Shown: positions 40,922-50,842 of the stretch, one piece after another
Numbering within the stretch: position 1 is the first letter of the stretch
How the letters are laid out: every line of letters starts with the position of its first letter
IMG/VR virus record: IMGVR_UViG_2595698649_000001
Location: 32,001 to 96,000 of that record
Length of the DNA stretch: 64,000 bases
Reading direction: 5' to 3' (one strand)
Source: a virus
Taxonomy: Duplodnaviria; Caudoviricetes
Translations under genes and position numbers: made by a program
The notes under the pieces: generated by a model
The model's database searches: none
Told to the model about the DNA's origin: nothing
What the model saw: only the letters and a program-made list of their open reading frames with translations

Positions 40922-42201
40922 ATGGAAGAAAATAAAACAATCGTTTCTGAAGCTCCTAAGGGTGCAGACGCTCCAAAAGCAGGTGCTGGTAAAGCAGAAC
41001 CAATGCAGAAAATGGGTGATTTTGAAGATGGCGGAAAAGCAGTGACTTCTCCAACAGACGCAAGTTCAACTGACCATGCAAAAAAAGCTAAAAAAGATAC
41101 GTCAGCTCCTACGAAAGGTGCATCTCCAGCAGAACCAATGCAAAAATTGAATGCTGAAGACGAAAAAGAAAACGATAAAGTAAAAAAGAAGCAGCGCATG
41201 ATGATGACGCTGATGAAAAAGAAGACGATAAAGAAAAAGTTGCTGAAATGCCGAAAACAAAAGCTGGTATAATCCAAGCTATGTATGACGCAATGGGCAA
41301 AAAGAAAAAATCAGACTTAGCCGCTTCATACGGAAAAATGATGGCAGCTATGAATGGCGACGAAGATGAAAAAGACATGGACGAAGCTAAACATTCTGAC
41401 GAAGAAGATAAAGAGAAAAAAGAAAAAATGGAAAAAAGAGTTAAAGACATTGACGTAAAAGAAGATGTTGCTGCTCTAGTTTCTGGTGATGACACTTTAT
41501 CTGAAACTTTTAAAGACAAAGCTGCTACTATCTTTGAAGCTGCTGTTAAATCAAAAGTGAAAACTGAGATTAGCAGATTAGAAGATGAGTATTCTGCTGA
41601 GTTATCTGAAGCAACTGAAACATTCAAAAACGATTTAACAAACAAAGTTGATAACTACTTGAACTATGTTGTTGAACAATGGATGTCAGAAAACGAACTT
41701 GCTATTGAAAAAGGTATCAAGGGAGAAATTGCTGAAGACTTTATTGGTGGTTTAAAACAATTATTTGAAGACCATTACATTGATATACCAGATGAAAAGT
41801 ATGACGTACTTGAAGCTAAAGAACAAGAAGTTGAAGAGCTGAAAGCTAAGTTAAACGAAACAACTGAGAAATCAATGGAAATGAAAAAACAAATTAACGA
41901 ATTTTCAAAAGATGAAATTTTAGACGAAGTAACTTCTGGTCTTGCTGACACAGAGGTTGAGAAACTAAAATCATTAATTGAAGATGTTAGTTACGAAGGT
42001 GCAGACGAGTATAAGAAAAAGTTAACTACTATTAAAGAAAGTTACTTTGGAAATGCTAAATCAGCGCCTGCTTCAACTGAAAATGTTGACGCACAATCTA
42101 ACTCCGAAGATGGTAACACAGTAACAGATATGTCTGATAGCATGTCTCGTTATACGGCTGCAATTAGTAGGGTAAAAAGTAGAGATATCTACAACAATTA
42201 A
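40922..42201 (+). CDS. gp22: Prohead scaffold/core protein gp22 (split by apparent 1-nt frameshift at ~41182-41188)
   Basis: 'FK.KAATIFEAAV', 'VDNYLNYVVEQW..EN..AIE.G', 'LFEDHYI.IP..K.D'. ORF 40922-41272 joins ORF 41248-42201 if one A is added. Confidence 0.85.
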
Positions 42202-42221
42202 AAAACTAAGGAGAGACTTAA

Positions 42222-43484
42222 ATGTTTAATTCGCAAAACTTACAAGAGAAATGGTCTCCAGTTCTTAATCATGCGGACTTGCCAAAAATTGACAATCCGT
42301 ACAAAAGAGCTGTGACATCAGTAATCTTGGAAAACCAAGAAAAAGCGGCGAAAGAAGACAAAGCATTCTTAGGTGAAATTGCAAACGTAACAGGTAGCGC
42401 AGTTGCTAACTGGGACCCTATTCTAATTTCACTTGTAAGAAGAGCAATGCCTAATCTTATTGCCTACGACATCTGTGGTGTACAACCAATGACTGGTCCA
42501 ACTGGTCTTATCTTCGCTATGAAGAGCAGATTTACTTCTAACTCAGGAACTGAAGCTTTATTTAATGAAGCGGATTCAGATTTCTCTGGTACTGGAACAC
42601 ATTCAGCATCATTGAATCCTGGTTTAATGAACGACACAACAACATCCGTTACTGCTGGTACTGGTATTGCAACAGCGACTGCTGAAGCTTCATCATCATT
42701 TGCAGAAATGGCGTTCTCAATTGAGAAATCAACTGTAACAGCTAAGACTAGACAGTTAAAAGCTGAGTACACAATGGAACTTGCACAAGACCTTAAAGCA
42801 ATTCACGGCTTAGACGCTGAAACTGAATTAGCTAACATTCTTTCTGCTGAGATCCTTGCTGAAATCAATAGAGAAGTTGTGAGAACAATTTACGAAAAAG
42901 CTAAAAAAGGTGCTAACACTAATACAACTACATCTGGTACTTTTGATTTAGATACGGACTCTAACGGTAGATGGTCTGTTGAAAAATTCAAAGGACTAAT
43001 GTTCCAAGTTGAAAGAGACGCTAACGTAATTGCACAAGAAACAAGAAGAGGAAAAGGAAATATCCTTATTTGTTCTTCTGATGTTGCTTCTGCTTTACAA
43101 ATGGCGGGTATCTTAGATTACGCTCCTGCGTTAAACAACAGTTTAAATGTTGATGACACAGGTAATACTTTTGCTGGTACTCTAAACGGTAGATACAAAG
43201 TGTACATTGACCCTTATGCGTCAAACAACACAGCGGCACAATACTACACAGTAGGTTATAAAGGTACTTCACCTTATGACGCTGGTATGTTCTATTGTCC
43301 GTATGTACCTCTACAAATGGTTAGAGCAGTTGGTGAAGATACTTTCCAACCAAAAATTGGTTTCAAAACAAGATACGGTCTTGTAAGAAACCCATTTGCG
43401 GAAAGTTCAGCACAAACTTCTGACACAGGTACTGACCAATCAAACATTTACTACAGAATGGTTAAAGTTTCTAACCTAATGTAA
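42222..43484 (+). CDS. gp23: Major capsid protein gp23
   Basis: 'LISLVRRAMPNLIAYDICGVQPMTGPTGLIFAM', 'LKAEYTMELAQDLKAIHGLDAE.EL', 'FQPKIGFKTRYG'. Confidence 0.98.
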   Translation: MFNSQNLQEKWSPVLNHADLPKIDNPYKRAVTSVILENQEKAAKEDKAFLGEIANVTGSAVANWDPILISLVRRAMPNLIAYDICGVQPMTGPTGLIFAMKSRFTSNSGTEALFNEADSDFSGTGTHSASLNPGLMNDTTTSVTAGTGIATATAEASSSFAEMAFSIEKSTVTAKTRQLKAEYTMELAQDLKAIHGLDAETELANILSAEILAEINREVVRTIYEKAKKGANTNTTTSGTFDLDTDSNGRWSVEKFKGLMFQVERDANVIAQETRRGKGNILICSSDVASALQMAGILDYAPALNNSLNVDDTGNTFAGTLNGRYKVYIDPYASNNTAAQYYTVGYKGTSPYDAGMFYCPYVPLQMVRAVGEDTFQPKIGFKTRYGLVRNPFAESSAQTSDTGTDQSNIYYRMVKVSNLM

Positions 43485-43508
43485 TAGACAGTTTGACTGT
43501 AAATTATT

Positions 43509-43543
43509 AAAGAGAGGGGAATTAATTTTCCCCTCTTTTTTTT
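43509..43543 (+). terminator. Rho-independent terminator after gp23
   Basis: AGAGGGGAA / TTCCCCTCT stem followed by a T-run. Confidence 0.85.
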
Positions 43544-43558
43544 GGAATAAATAAACAT

Positions 43559-43816
43559 ATGAAAATACTCGTACAATATTTCTGGATAACAATCATATCG
43601 CTTATCATATTAGCGTTTGCAATGATGATACCTACATCTAAGGATCCTTTGCCTTTAGAAGAAAAAATGGATGAGATAAGAGAAAAAGAAAAAGTATTAA
43701 CAGATACAGAAAAAGAATTAAAGAAATTATCAGACGATAAAGCGTGGGAAGAAGTAGATGATACAACAACTATCATAGTACCACTACCTAAACCAGAAAT
43801 AGGCATTAGGGGTTAG
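43559..43816 (+). CDS. Small membrane-anchored protein
   Basis: N-terminal hydrophobic stretch followed by a charged coiled coil. Confidence 0.55.
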   Translation: MKILVQYFWITIISLIILAFAMMIPTSKDPLPLEEKMDEIREKEKVLTDTEKELKKLSDDKAWEEVDDTTTIIVPLPKPEIGIRG

Positions 43817-43829
43817 ACTAAATAGTAAT

Positions 43830-44432
43830 ATGACAGATAGTACAATAACTACTAAACAACCAAGTGGTACAGGTTTAGATTACGCTGATCCTACTAAGTT
43901 TAAATTTCAGATGGTAAAATTACCACTTGTAGAGTTTAACACAGTAGCAGCTCAAATACCAGATGTATCATTGTCAGAATTAAATCAACCTACTCGTTTA
44001 CAACAACTGAAAATACCAGGTAATGATATGACGTTTAGTGATTTAACAATTACTTTCTTAGTTGATGAAGAATTACAAAACTATAGAAAAGTACATGAGT
44101 GGATGGCAGCTTTAGCACAAGTTGATGGTGATGAGAAATTTCAAGCACTATTAGCAGAAGGACAAGATAGAATGCCAAACTCTCAAACAAGAGGTATACA
44201 AAGTGAACCAGGTAAATCTGGTTTAGCAACACCTGATGGTGCAATATACTCAGACGCAAAACTAGTACACTTAACAAATAGAAACATACCTAAAGTAGAG
44301 ATATCATTTAGAGATTGTTATCCTAAAGCTTTAAGTGCAATAGAATATAATCAAAACAATACAGATGTTGAATATATTACGGCACAGGTAACATTTGGTT
44401 ATAAGTACCACGAGTATTCTACACCATTTTAA
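43830..44432 (+). CDS. gp3: Tail completion protein gp3-like
   Basis: 'F.DLTITFLVDEEL.NY...HEW', 'SDA.L', 'F.DCYP..LS.I.Y'; follows gp23. Confidence 0.85.
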   Translation: MTDSTITTKQPSGTGLDYADPTKFKFQMVKLPLVEFNTVAAQIPDVSLSELNQPTRLQQLKIPGNDMTFSDLTITFLVDEELQNYRKVHEWMAALAQVDGDEKFQALLAEGQDRMPNSQTRGIQSEPGKSGLATPDGAIYSDAKLVHLTNRNIPKVEISFRDCYPKALSAIEYNQNNTDVEYITAQVTFGYKYHEYSTPF

Positions 44433-44440
44433 TTAAAAAT

Positions 44441-44469
44441 TTGCCAAATTGGCATAAATGTGATATAAT
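44441..44469 (+). promoter_or_regulatory. Sigma70-type promoter
   Basis: TTGCCA-N17-TATAAT with extended TG. Confidence 0.65.
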
Positions 44470-44475
44470 GTAAGT

Positions 44476-44958
44476 ATGAAAATTATTGATAACTTTATAA
44501 ACGACCAAGACATAGTAAATGATATTCAATCAACTTTACTAGGTAATAACTTTCCTTATTTCTATAATAACTATGTGGCAGAACCAACTGACCAATCTGA
44601 TTACTATTTTAATCATGTGTTATTTCACCAGAATGAAGTAAGAAGTGAACATTACAATAAAATACTATCACCTATTTTAGGTAGATTAGATTTTAATTAT
44701 CTTATTCGTGCAAAGATAAACTGTTATACAAGAAAAGAAAAACATATAGAAGCAGGTATGCATGTTGACATGAATGAAAAACATTTTGTGGCATTATATT
44801 CTGTAAATACAAATAACGGATATACAATGTTTGAAGATGGCACAAAAGTAAAATCAGTTGCCAATCAAATGATTATCTTTGATGGTCGTATGAAGCATTG
44901 TAGTGCCAATCAAACAGATGAAAATTTACGCATAAATATCAATATAAACTTAGAATGA
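44476..44958 (+). CDS. 2OG-Fe(II) oxygenase-like protein
   Basis: 'GMHVD', 'NTNNGYT.F', 'FDG...HCS...RINININ'. Confidence 0.75.
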   Translation: MKIIDNFINDQDIVNDIQSTLLGNNFPYFYNNYVAEPTDQSDYYFNHVLFHQNEVRSEHYNKILSPILGRLDFNYLIRAKINCYTRKEKHIEAGMHVDMNEKHFVALYSVNTNNGYTMFEDGTKVKSVANQMIIFDGRMKHCSANQTDENLRINININLE

Positions 44959-45062
44959 ACTTTATAAATGAATTAAGATTTAAACTAGAAGTATTGTGGA
45001 TTGACCACCCACATAAAATTATGTTTAGTTTAGGTTTTATAATTGGAGCAATTTTACTATGA
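44955..45062 (+). CDS. 35-aa membrane peptide (not in ORF track)
   Basis: MNFINELRFKLEVLWIDHPHKIMFSLGFIIGAILL, coupled by ATGA overlaps at both ends. Confidence 0.55.
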   Translation: MNFINELRFKLEVLWIDHPHKIMFSLGFIIGAILL

Positions 45063-45487
45063 ACTTAGAAGAACTACAAGCACAAGCAGAAAAAGATTTA
45101 AAGATTGATGATACTGAACTAGATAGAGAAAGTTTAGCAACACCAATCTTACATGCTAAATATCTTAAACACTTTTCCACATACTCACTTATGTTAACAA
45201 AAGCGAAAAGTGAATACTCACAACTATACAAAACCAAATGGTTGTTTTACTTAGGTAAAGCAGACCCAGAAGCATATAAAGATAATAACTTTGAATTAAA
45301 GGTATTACGACAAGATGTGGGTACATTTATTGACGCTGATGAAGAAATTATTAAACAGAAACAAAAGGTAGATTACTTAAATGTAGTAAACAGTTACCTA
45401 GAGAATATACTTAAACAAATATCTAATCGTGGTTTTCAGATAAAGAACGCAATAGATTGGAAAAGATTTACGGAAGGCGGAATATAA
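45059..45487 (+). CDS. uvsY: Recombination mediator UvsY
   Basis: 'DLKID...LD.ESL..P.LHAKY', 'I.NRGFQIKNAIDW.RF..G'. Confidence 0.92.
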   Translation: MNLEELQAQAEKDLKIDDTELDRESLATPILHAKYLKHFSTYSLMLTKAKSEYSQLYKTKWLFYLGKADPEAYKDNNFELKVLRQDVGTFIDADEEIIKQKQKVDYLNVVNSYLENILKQISNRGFQIKNAIDWKRFTEGGI

Positions 45488-45488
45488 T

Positions 45489-46319
45489 ATGATTTTTTGC
45501 ATTGGTAATGGCGAAAGTCGTAAAGACTTTGATTTAGAAACATTAAGACCACATGGTAAGATATATGGTGCTAACGGACTGTATAGAGATTTTACACCTG
45601 ATGTATTACTCGCAATGGATTATAATATATGCCATGAAATATATCGTAGTGGTTATGCATTTGATAACATCACATATCTAAGACAATGGTCAAAGAACCC
45701 AGCAAATGTATATGAAAAGTTGTTTATAAAAGAAACAGTTGATAAGTTTATAGGTAAAGATATTGCAGAACCTAAATTAACTCATTTAGATGAACACGAA
45801 TGGGAAGGCGAAAAGAAGAAGTTTTTTGTTTGTTGGGCAAACAATAGAGACTTAATGGCAAAATTAAGAGAAGAAAGAATTAAGAACGGTTGGAATGAAG
45901 ATGATTTAAAACTATATCTATCTAAAGACCAAGAAGGTTATCTAATTACATGGACAAAGAAAAAAGATAAAGTACAAGGTCTTGGTAAGTATTACTATGA
46001 AAAGACTAATGCAGGTACTTTGATTGCTTTGATGGCGTCTGACAAAGATAGTAAGATATATCTAATAGGTTATGATTACTATAGTGAGACTGAAAAAGTT
46101 AATAACATATACAAAGGTACAAAAGGTTATGTGGGCAAGAGTGCAAGTGCAATCAAACCTAAAAACTGGTTAGACCATACTGAAAAATTATGTAAGAAAT
46201 ATCCTCAACATGAATATGTACATGTAGGTAAACCTATTGATAAATTCAAAGACATACCAAACATGACTAATATCTCATATGCAGAATTAAATGAGCGAAT
46301 TAAAAATAACAAAGTTTAA
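45489..46319 (+). CDS. Hypothetical protein, possible GT29/MAF_flag10-like nucleotide-sugar-utilising fold
   Basis: 'FCIGNGESR', 'YGANGLYRDF.PD.L.A.D', 'IYLIGYD'. Confidence 0.5.
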   Translation: MIFCIGNGESRKDFDLETLRPHGKIYGANGLYRDFTPDVLLAMDYNICHEIYRSGYAFDNITYLRQWSKNPANVYEKLFIKETVDKFIGKDIAEPKLTHLDEHEWEGEKKKFFVCWANNRDLMAKLREERIKNGWNEDDLKLYLSKDQEGYLITWTKKKDKVQGLGKYYYEKTNAGTLIALMASDKDSKIYLIGYDYYSETEKVNNIYKGTKGYVGKSASAIKPKNWLDHTEKLCKKYPQHEYVHVGKPIDKFKDIPNMTNISYAELNERIKNNKV

Positions 46320-47754
46320 CGAATCCTATATTAAGTGTACAAGTGATGATTTAGGACTGTTACAGTCTTTATCTGACTTTTTTACATTTCAAGTACCAGG
46401 TGCCAGTTTCATGCCGTCTGTAAGAGCAAGACGTTGGGACGGAAAAATAAGAATGTTTAGTAAAGCAACTGGTAAAATTTACTATGGGTTACTACCGTAT
46501 ATAAACGAATTTTGTCGCCGGAACGCACATACAATCACACACGAAGCACCAGAAACCATTGGTGTGAACCATCCTACCAATCTTTTTTCCAAGTATATTG
46601 ATGGTTTATCTATACCTAACATCAAACCAAGAGAATATCAAATAGGAGCGGTGCAACATGCAATCAATAATAAGCGTGCTGTATTAGTATCGCCAACTGC
46701 TAGTGGTAAGTCTCTAATCATCTATTGTATTATACGAATGATAAGAGAAAGTGATGGAAAGATATTATTAGTAGTACCAACTACATCACTAGTAGAACAA
46801 ATGTATAAAGACTTTATAGATTATGGATTTGACGCTGAGAAACATGTACAAAGAAAGTATTATGGTTATGAGATAGATGAAAATAAGAAGATAGTTGTAT
46901 CTACATGGCAATCTCTGGCAACATTTGATAAGAAATACTTTGAACAGTTTGATTGTGTGATAGGAGATGAAGCACACTTATATAAATCAAAAGAATTACA
47001 AAAGATTATGGCAGCTTGCATTAATGCCAAGTTTAGAATAGGTACAACTGGTACGCTAGATGATAGTAAAGTACACAAGTTAGTATTAGAAGGTCTCTTT
47101 GGACCTGTTCACTATGTTACAACTACAAAAGAATTAATAGATAAAAAACAATTAGCAGATTTAAAAATAGAATGTATTGTCTTAAAATATCCAAAAGAAG
47201 AATGTATGCAAATAAAAAATGCTAAGTTCCAAGACGAGATTGACTATATAGTAACACACGAAAGAAGAAATAAGTTTTTAACTAATCTGGCAATTGACCA
47301 AAAAGGTAATACTCTAGTTCTATTTCAGTATGTAGAAAAACATGGAAAACCTTTACATGAACAAATAAAGGCAAAAGCAAAAGACCGTAAAGTATTTTTT
47401 GTTTACGGCGGAACAGAAACAAATGATAGAGAAAGAATTAGAGCAATCACAGAAAAGTTGGACAACACGATTATTGTCGCTTCTTACGGGACGTATAGCA
47501 CTGGTATCAATATTCGTAACTTACACAACATTATTTTTAGTAGCCCTACTAAATCACCTATAAGAGTTTTACAATCTATAGGTCGTGGTTTAAGATTAGG
47601 TGGTAATAAAGATACTGCTAAAGTGTACGATATATCTGACGATTTTACTTACAAAGAGAAGAAGAACTTTACAATCCAGCACTTTTTGGAAAGGATAAAT
47701 ATTTACAATGAACAACAGTTTGATTATGATATACACACGGTGGACTTGATATGA
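46291..47754 (+). CDS. uvsW: DNA/RNA helicase UvsW
   Basis: 'WDGKIR', Walker A 'SPTASGKS', 'GDEAH', 'GTTGTL', 'LQSIGRGLR'. Confidence 0.96.
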   Translation: MSELKITKFNESYIKCTSDDLGLLQSLSDFFTFQVPGASFMPSVRARRWDGKIRMFSKATGKIYYGLLPYINEFCRRNAHTITHEAPETIGVNHPTNLFSKYIDGLSIPNIKPREYQIGAVQHAINNKRAVLVSPTASGKSLIIYCIIRMIRESDGKILLVVPTTSLVEQMYKDFIDYGFDAEKHVQRKYYGYEIDENKKIVVSTWQSLATFDKKYFEQFDCVIGDEAHLYKSKELQKIMAACINAKFRIGTTGTLDDSKVHKLVLEGLFGPVHYVTTTKELIDKKQLADLKIECIVLKYPKEECMQIKNAKFQDEIDYIVTHERRNKFLTNLAIDQKGNTLVLFQYVEKHGKPLHEQIKAKAKDRKVFFVYGGTETNDRERIRAITEKLDNTIIVASYGTYSTGINIRNLHNIIFSSPTKSPIRVLQSIGRGLRLGGNKDTAKVYDISDDFTYKEKKNFTIQHFLERINIYNEQQFDYDIHTVDLI

Positions 47755-48224
47755 GAACTCCAAAGAAAGGAAGTAAAGTGACTACTGACCCTAAAGAGAC
47801 TATTAAGAAGATACCAACACCTAGAATGGTAAAGTTAAATTCAGGTGAGCAACTTGTTGCCATAGTAATGGTACAAGACAAATCAGATTTCATAAGATTA
47901 GAAGAACCTTACATTATACAATTACACCCATATGACTTATTGGGAGATTATATGATGGAAGAAAAGATGACAATTAAACCTTGGTTATTCAAGGCAAAAG
48001 ATAAAGTGATATCTATACATAAAAGTAATATTTTATGTTTTGCAGTTCCTACAGATGATATTGCTGAGTATTATATGAATATTCGTACTGGAAAATTAAG
48101 ACAATCTGCTGAAGAAGTAAAAAAACACAGAGCCACTGCTTTTGGTAAATTGTTAGACCAATTAGGTGATGTTGAATATGACGAGACACAAGACTACTTA
48201 ATGGGTAAGAAGACAGTACACTAA
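47751..48224 (+). CDS. Conserved hypothetical protein (Sm-like, between uvsW and gp55)
   Basis: 'VKLNSGEQLVA', 'KPW'; conserved position in T4-like phages. Confidence 0.6.
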   Translation: MRTPKKGSKVTTDPKETIKKIPTPRMVKLNSGEQLVAIVMVQDKSDFIRLEEPYIIQLHPYDLLGDYMMEEKMTIKPWLFKAKDKVISIHKSNILCFAVPTDDIAEYYMNIRTGKLRQSAEEVKKHRATAFGKLLDQLGDVEYDETQDYLMGKKTVH

Positions 48225-48352
48225 GGTAACTCTAAGGTAATCTATCTCTGAAGGAGGCACATGCCTATTATATACCATTTTGTCCAAATTGTCAAGCGCT
48301 CAAACCAAAAAAAATGAAAATAATTTATTACCACAAAATCTAGTATAACAGC

Positions 48353-48381
48353 TTGACTTTTTTACTAGATTGTGATATAAT
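48353..48381 (+). promoter_or_regulatory. Sigma70-type promoter for gp55
   Basis: TTGACT-N17-TATAAT. Confidence 0.75.
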
Positions 48382-48409
48382 ATGGTAATATTTTAAAAAG
48401 GAATATAAT

Positions 48410-48967
48410 ATGAAAACTACACAACCAATCAAGGTTCCTAAAAAGAAAGAGCATTATGTCTCTAATAAAGAATTTTTAGTTGCCATGAAAGAGTACAAGG
48501 CAAAGTGTATAGAGGCAGAAAAGAAAAAGAAACCTAGACCACCAATAACTGATTACATTGGTGAATGTTTTTTAAAGATTGCTAATCACCTATCATATAG
48601 ACCAAACTTTATTAATTACACATATAAAGAAGATATGATATCTGATGGTATAGAAAACTGTTTACAGTATGTTTCTAACTTTGATCCAACAAAATCAAAT
48701 AATCCATTTGCTTACTTTACACAAATAATATACTACGCATTTATAAGAAGAATACAAAAAGAAAAGAAACAAACAATCATCAAACAGAAACTAATAATGA
48801 AGTCTGGTTTAGATGAGTTAGTTTCACAAGAAACAGATAACCAGGACTATCAAAACGCATATGCTGACTTTTTAAGGAAGAATATGGTAGAGATTGCTCC
48901 AGATAAACCCAAAGAAAAGAAACCAAGGAAGAAAAAAGTATCTAAGTTAGAATACTTTATGCAATGA
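48410..48967 (+). CDS. gp55: Late transcription sigma factor gp55
   Basis: 'HYVSNKEFL', 'IGECFLKIANHLSYRPNF.NY', 'NPFAYFTQI.YYAFIRRI.KEKKQ'. Confidence 0.96.
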   Translation: MKTTQPIKVPKKKEHYVSNKEFLVAMKEYKAKCIEAEKKKKPRPPITDYIGECFLKIANHLSYRPNFINYTYKEDMISDGIENCLQYVSNFDPTKSNNPFAYFTQIIYYAFIRRIQKEKKQTIIKQKLIMKSGLDELVSQETDNQDYQNAYADFLRKNMVEIAPDKPKEKKPRKKKVSKLEYFMQ

Positions 48968-49092
48968 GATTATTGATTATACTATCAATATTGTTTTTAA
49001 CTGCTTGTTCAAGTAACAAAGAGATTAAAGAACATAGATGGATTGTATCTATTGGTAAACAAATTGTAGCACCAGGTTTTGGATTTAAATAA
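48964..49092 (+). CDS. 42-aa lipoprotein (not in ORF track)
   Basis: MRLLIILSILFLTAC-SSNKE...: signal peptide with LTAC lipobox; ATGA-coupled to gp55 and ends next to the gp47 ATG. Confidence 0.65.
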   Translation: MRLLIILSILFLTACSSNKEIKEHRWIVSIGKQIVAPGFGFK

Positions 49093-50136
49093 ATGAAAAT
49101 AGCATTAGTAAACGATACACACTTTGGCTGTCGTAATGATAACCCTAATTACCATGAATACATGTATAAGTTTTGGCAAGAACAATTCTTTCCATACTTA
49201 GAACAAAACGATATTAAAACAATTATTCATTTAGGTGATATATTAGATAGACGTAAGTATGTAAATTTTAAAACACTTACAGATTTTAATAATAAGATAG
49301 TAAGTCAATTTAAGAAATATGATACACACTTTATAGTAGGTAACCATGACACTTATTATAAGAACACAAATGAAGTAAACGCACCTAAAGAATTATTAAG
49401 TGAGTTTAAAGTTTATTCAGACCCACAAAAGATTACAATTGCAGGACATGATATATTAATTATACCATGGGTAACTCCTGAAAATTATGATAGAACTAAA
49501 ATGATGTTAGAACAAGAAACAGCAGACATTGTTATGGGTCATTTAGAGATTAAAGGTTTTGAAATGCATACTGGACATCATTCAGATGTAGGTGTAGAAA
49601 AAGAAATGTTTAAAAGATTTGAAACAGTATTATCTGGTCACTTTCATAAGAAGTCAGATGATGGTCATATATTCTACCTTGGTTGTCAATATGAAATGAC
49701 TTGGTCAGATTACAAATGTCCTAAACACTTTCACATTTACGATACAGAAACAAGAGAACTTAAAGCAATACGAAACCCTTTAACAATACATCATAAAATA
49801 TATTACAATGATGAAACAACAGATTATAAGAACTTTGATTTTAACGAATGTAATAACAAATACATTAAACTTATAGTAGAAAAGAAATCAGACTACTTTA
49901 TGTTTGATAAGTTTGTTGATGATATTTACCAAAAGTCTAATGTATATGATTTAAAGATTATAGAAGATTACTCAGACTTAGACGCTTCAACAGTAAATGA
50001 TGATATAGTTGAAAAGACGGAAGATACACCAACCTTACTTGACACCTATATAGAACAAACAGATACGAATTTAAATAAAGATAGATTAAAAACATTAATG
50101 AAAAGTTTATATACAGAGGCATTTGATTATGAATAA
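49093..50136 (+). CDS. gp47: Recombination nuclease gp47 (Mre11/SbcD-like)
   Basis: 'DTHFG', 'HLGD..DRRK', 'VGNHD', 'SGHFH'. Confidence 0.95.
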   Translation: MKIALVNDTHFGCRNDNPNYHEYMYKFWQEQFFPYLEQNDIKTIIHLGDILDRRKYVNFKTLTDFNNKIVSQFKKYDTHFIVGNHDTYYKNTNEVNAPKELLSEFKVYSDPQKITIAGHDILIIPWVTPENYDRTKMMLEQETADIVMGHLEIKGFEMHTGHHSDVGVEKEMFKRFETVLSGHFHKKSDDGHIFYLGCQYEMTWSDYKCPKHFHIYDTETRELKAIRNPLTIHHKIYYNDETTDYKNFDFNECNNKYIKLIVEKKSDYFMFDKFVDDIYQKSNVYDLKIIEDYSDLDASTVNDDIVEKTEDTPTLLDTYIEQTDTNLNKDRLKTLMKSLYTEAFDYE

Positions 50137-50842
50137 TTATGACCACAAATATTTAAATATAACTTATCCTTTTGGTCCTTACATTTATCATTGTGAACTG
50201 GATCCAAAGTTTATACAAGAACTAATTGAACAAGGTGATAAAACAACAGATAGTTACCAACAAGAAGATGGCACAATTACAAATCAAATACTTGAAGGTG
50301 CTCTTGCAGGTCAATTAGATACAGGAAACGAAAGACAATTTAATCCTAATCAACAAAGATGGTTTAATAAAAATCTTAAAGAAGTCTTTTATCATTATGT
50401 ACAAAGTAGATTTAACTTTCATAGAATAGAATATAAACCAGATTATGTATTAGAAAATGTATGGATTAATTATCAACACGCCAATGAATATCAACCTGAC
50501 CATATACACTCAGGTGATTTTAGTTGGGTTATATATTGTAAAATACCAGAGGGTTTAGAAGAAGAAAGAAAAAATTATACGAAGAAAGGTCCTGCACCAG
50601 GTAGTATTGTATTTGGATATGGCGAAGCAGCAAGCAATCCAGAAACAAGTTATCCTTGGAATAATACCACGCATAGTGTTATACCAAAAGAAGGACACAT
50701 GATTATATTCCCGGCACAAATGAGACACTTTGTACCACCATTTAAAAGTGAAGGTACAAGAATATCAGTAAGTGGTAACGGAGTATTGTATATGCCAGAC
50801 CAAAAATTATATCACATGGGAGAAAAGCGTTACGAAATATGA
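50123..50842 (+). CDS. Putative 2OG-Fe(II) oxygenase
   Basis: 'WINYQ...EYQPDHIHSG.FSWVIY', 'IFPA..RHFV.PF....RISVSGN'. Confidence 0.8.
   Translation: MIMNNYDHKYLNITYPFGPYIYHCELDPKFIQELIEQGDKTTDSYQQEDGTITNQILEGALAGQLDTGNERQFNPNQQRWFNKNLKEVFYHYVQSRFNFHRIEYKPDYVLENVWINYQHANEYQPDHIHSGDFSWVIYCKIPEGLEEERKNYTKKGPAPGSIVFGYGEAASNPETSYPWNNTTHSVIPKEGHMIIFPAQMRHFVPPFKSEGTRISVSGNGVLYMPDQKLYHMGEKRYEI

Noticed and set aside
48221-48243. Short tandem repeat CTAAGGTAA x2 after the 47751 ORF
   Set aside because: Only two copies in AT-rich intergenic DNA, with no supporting structure.
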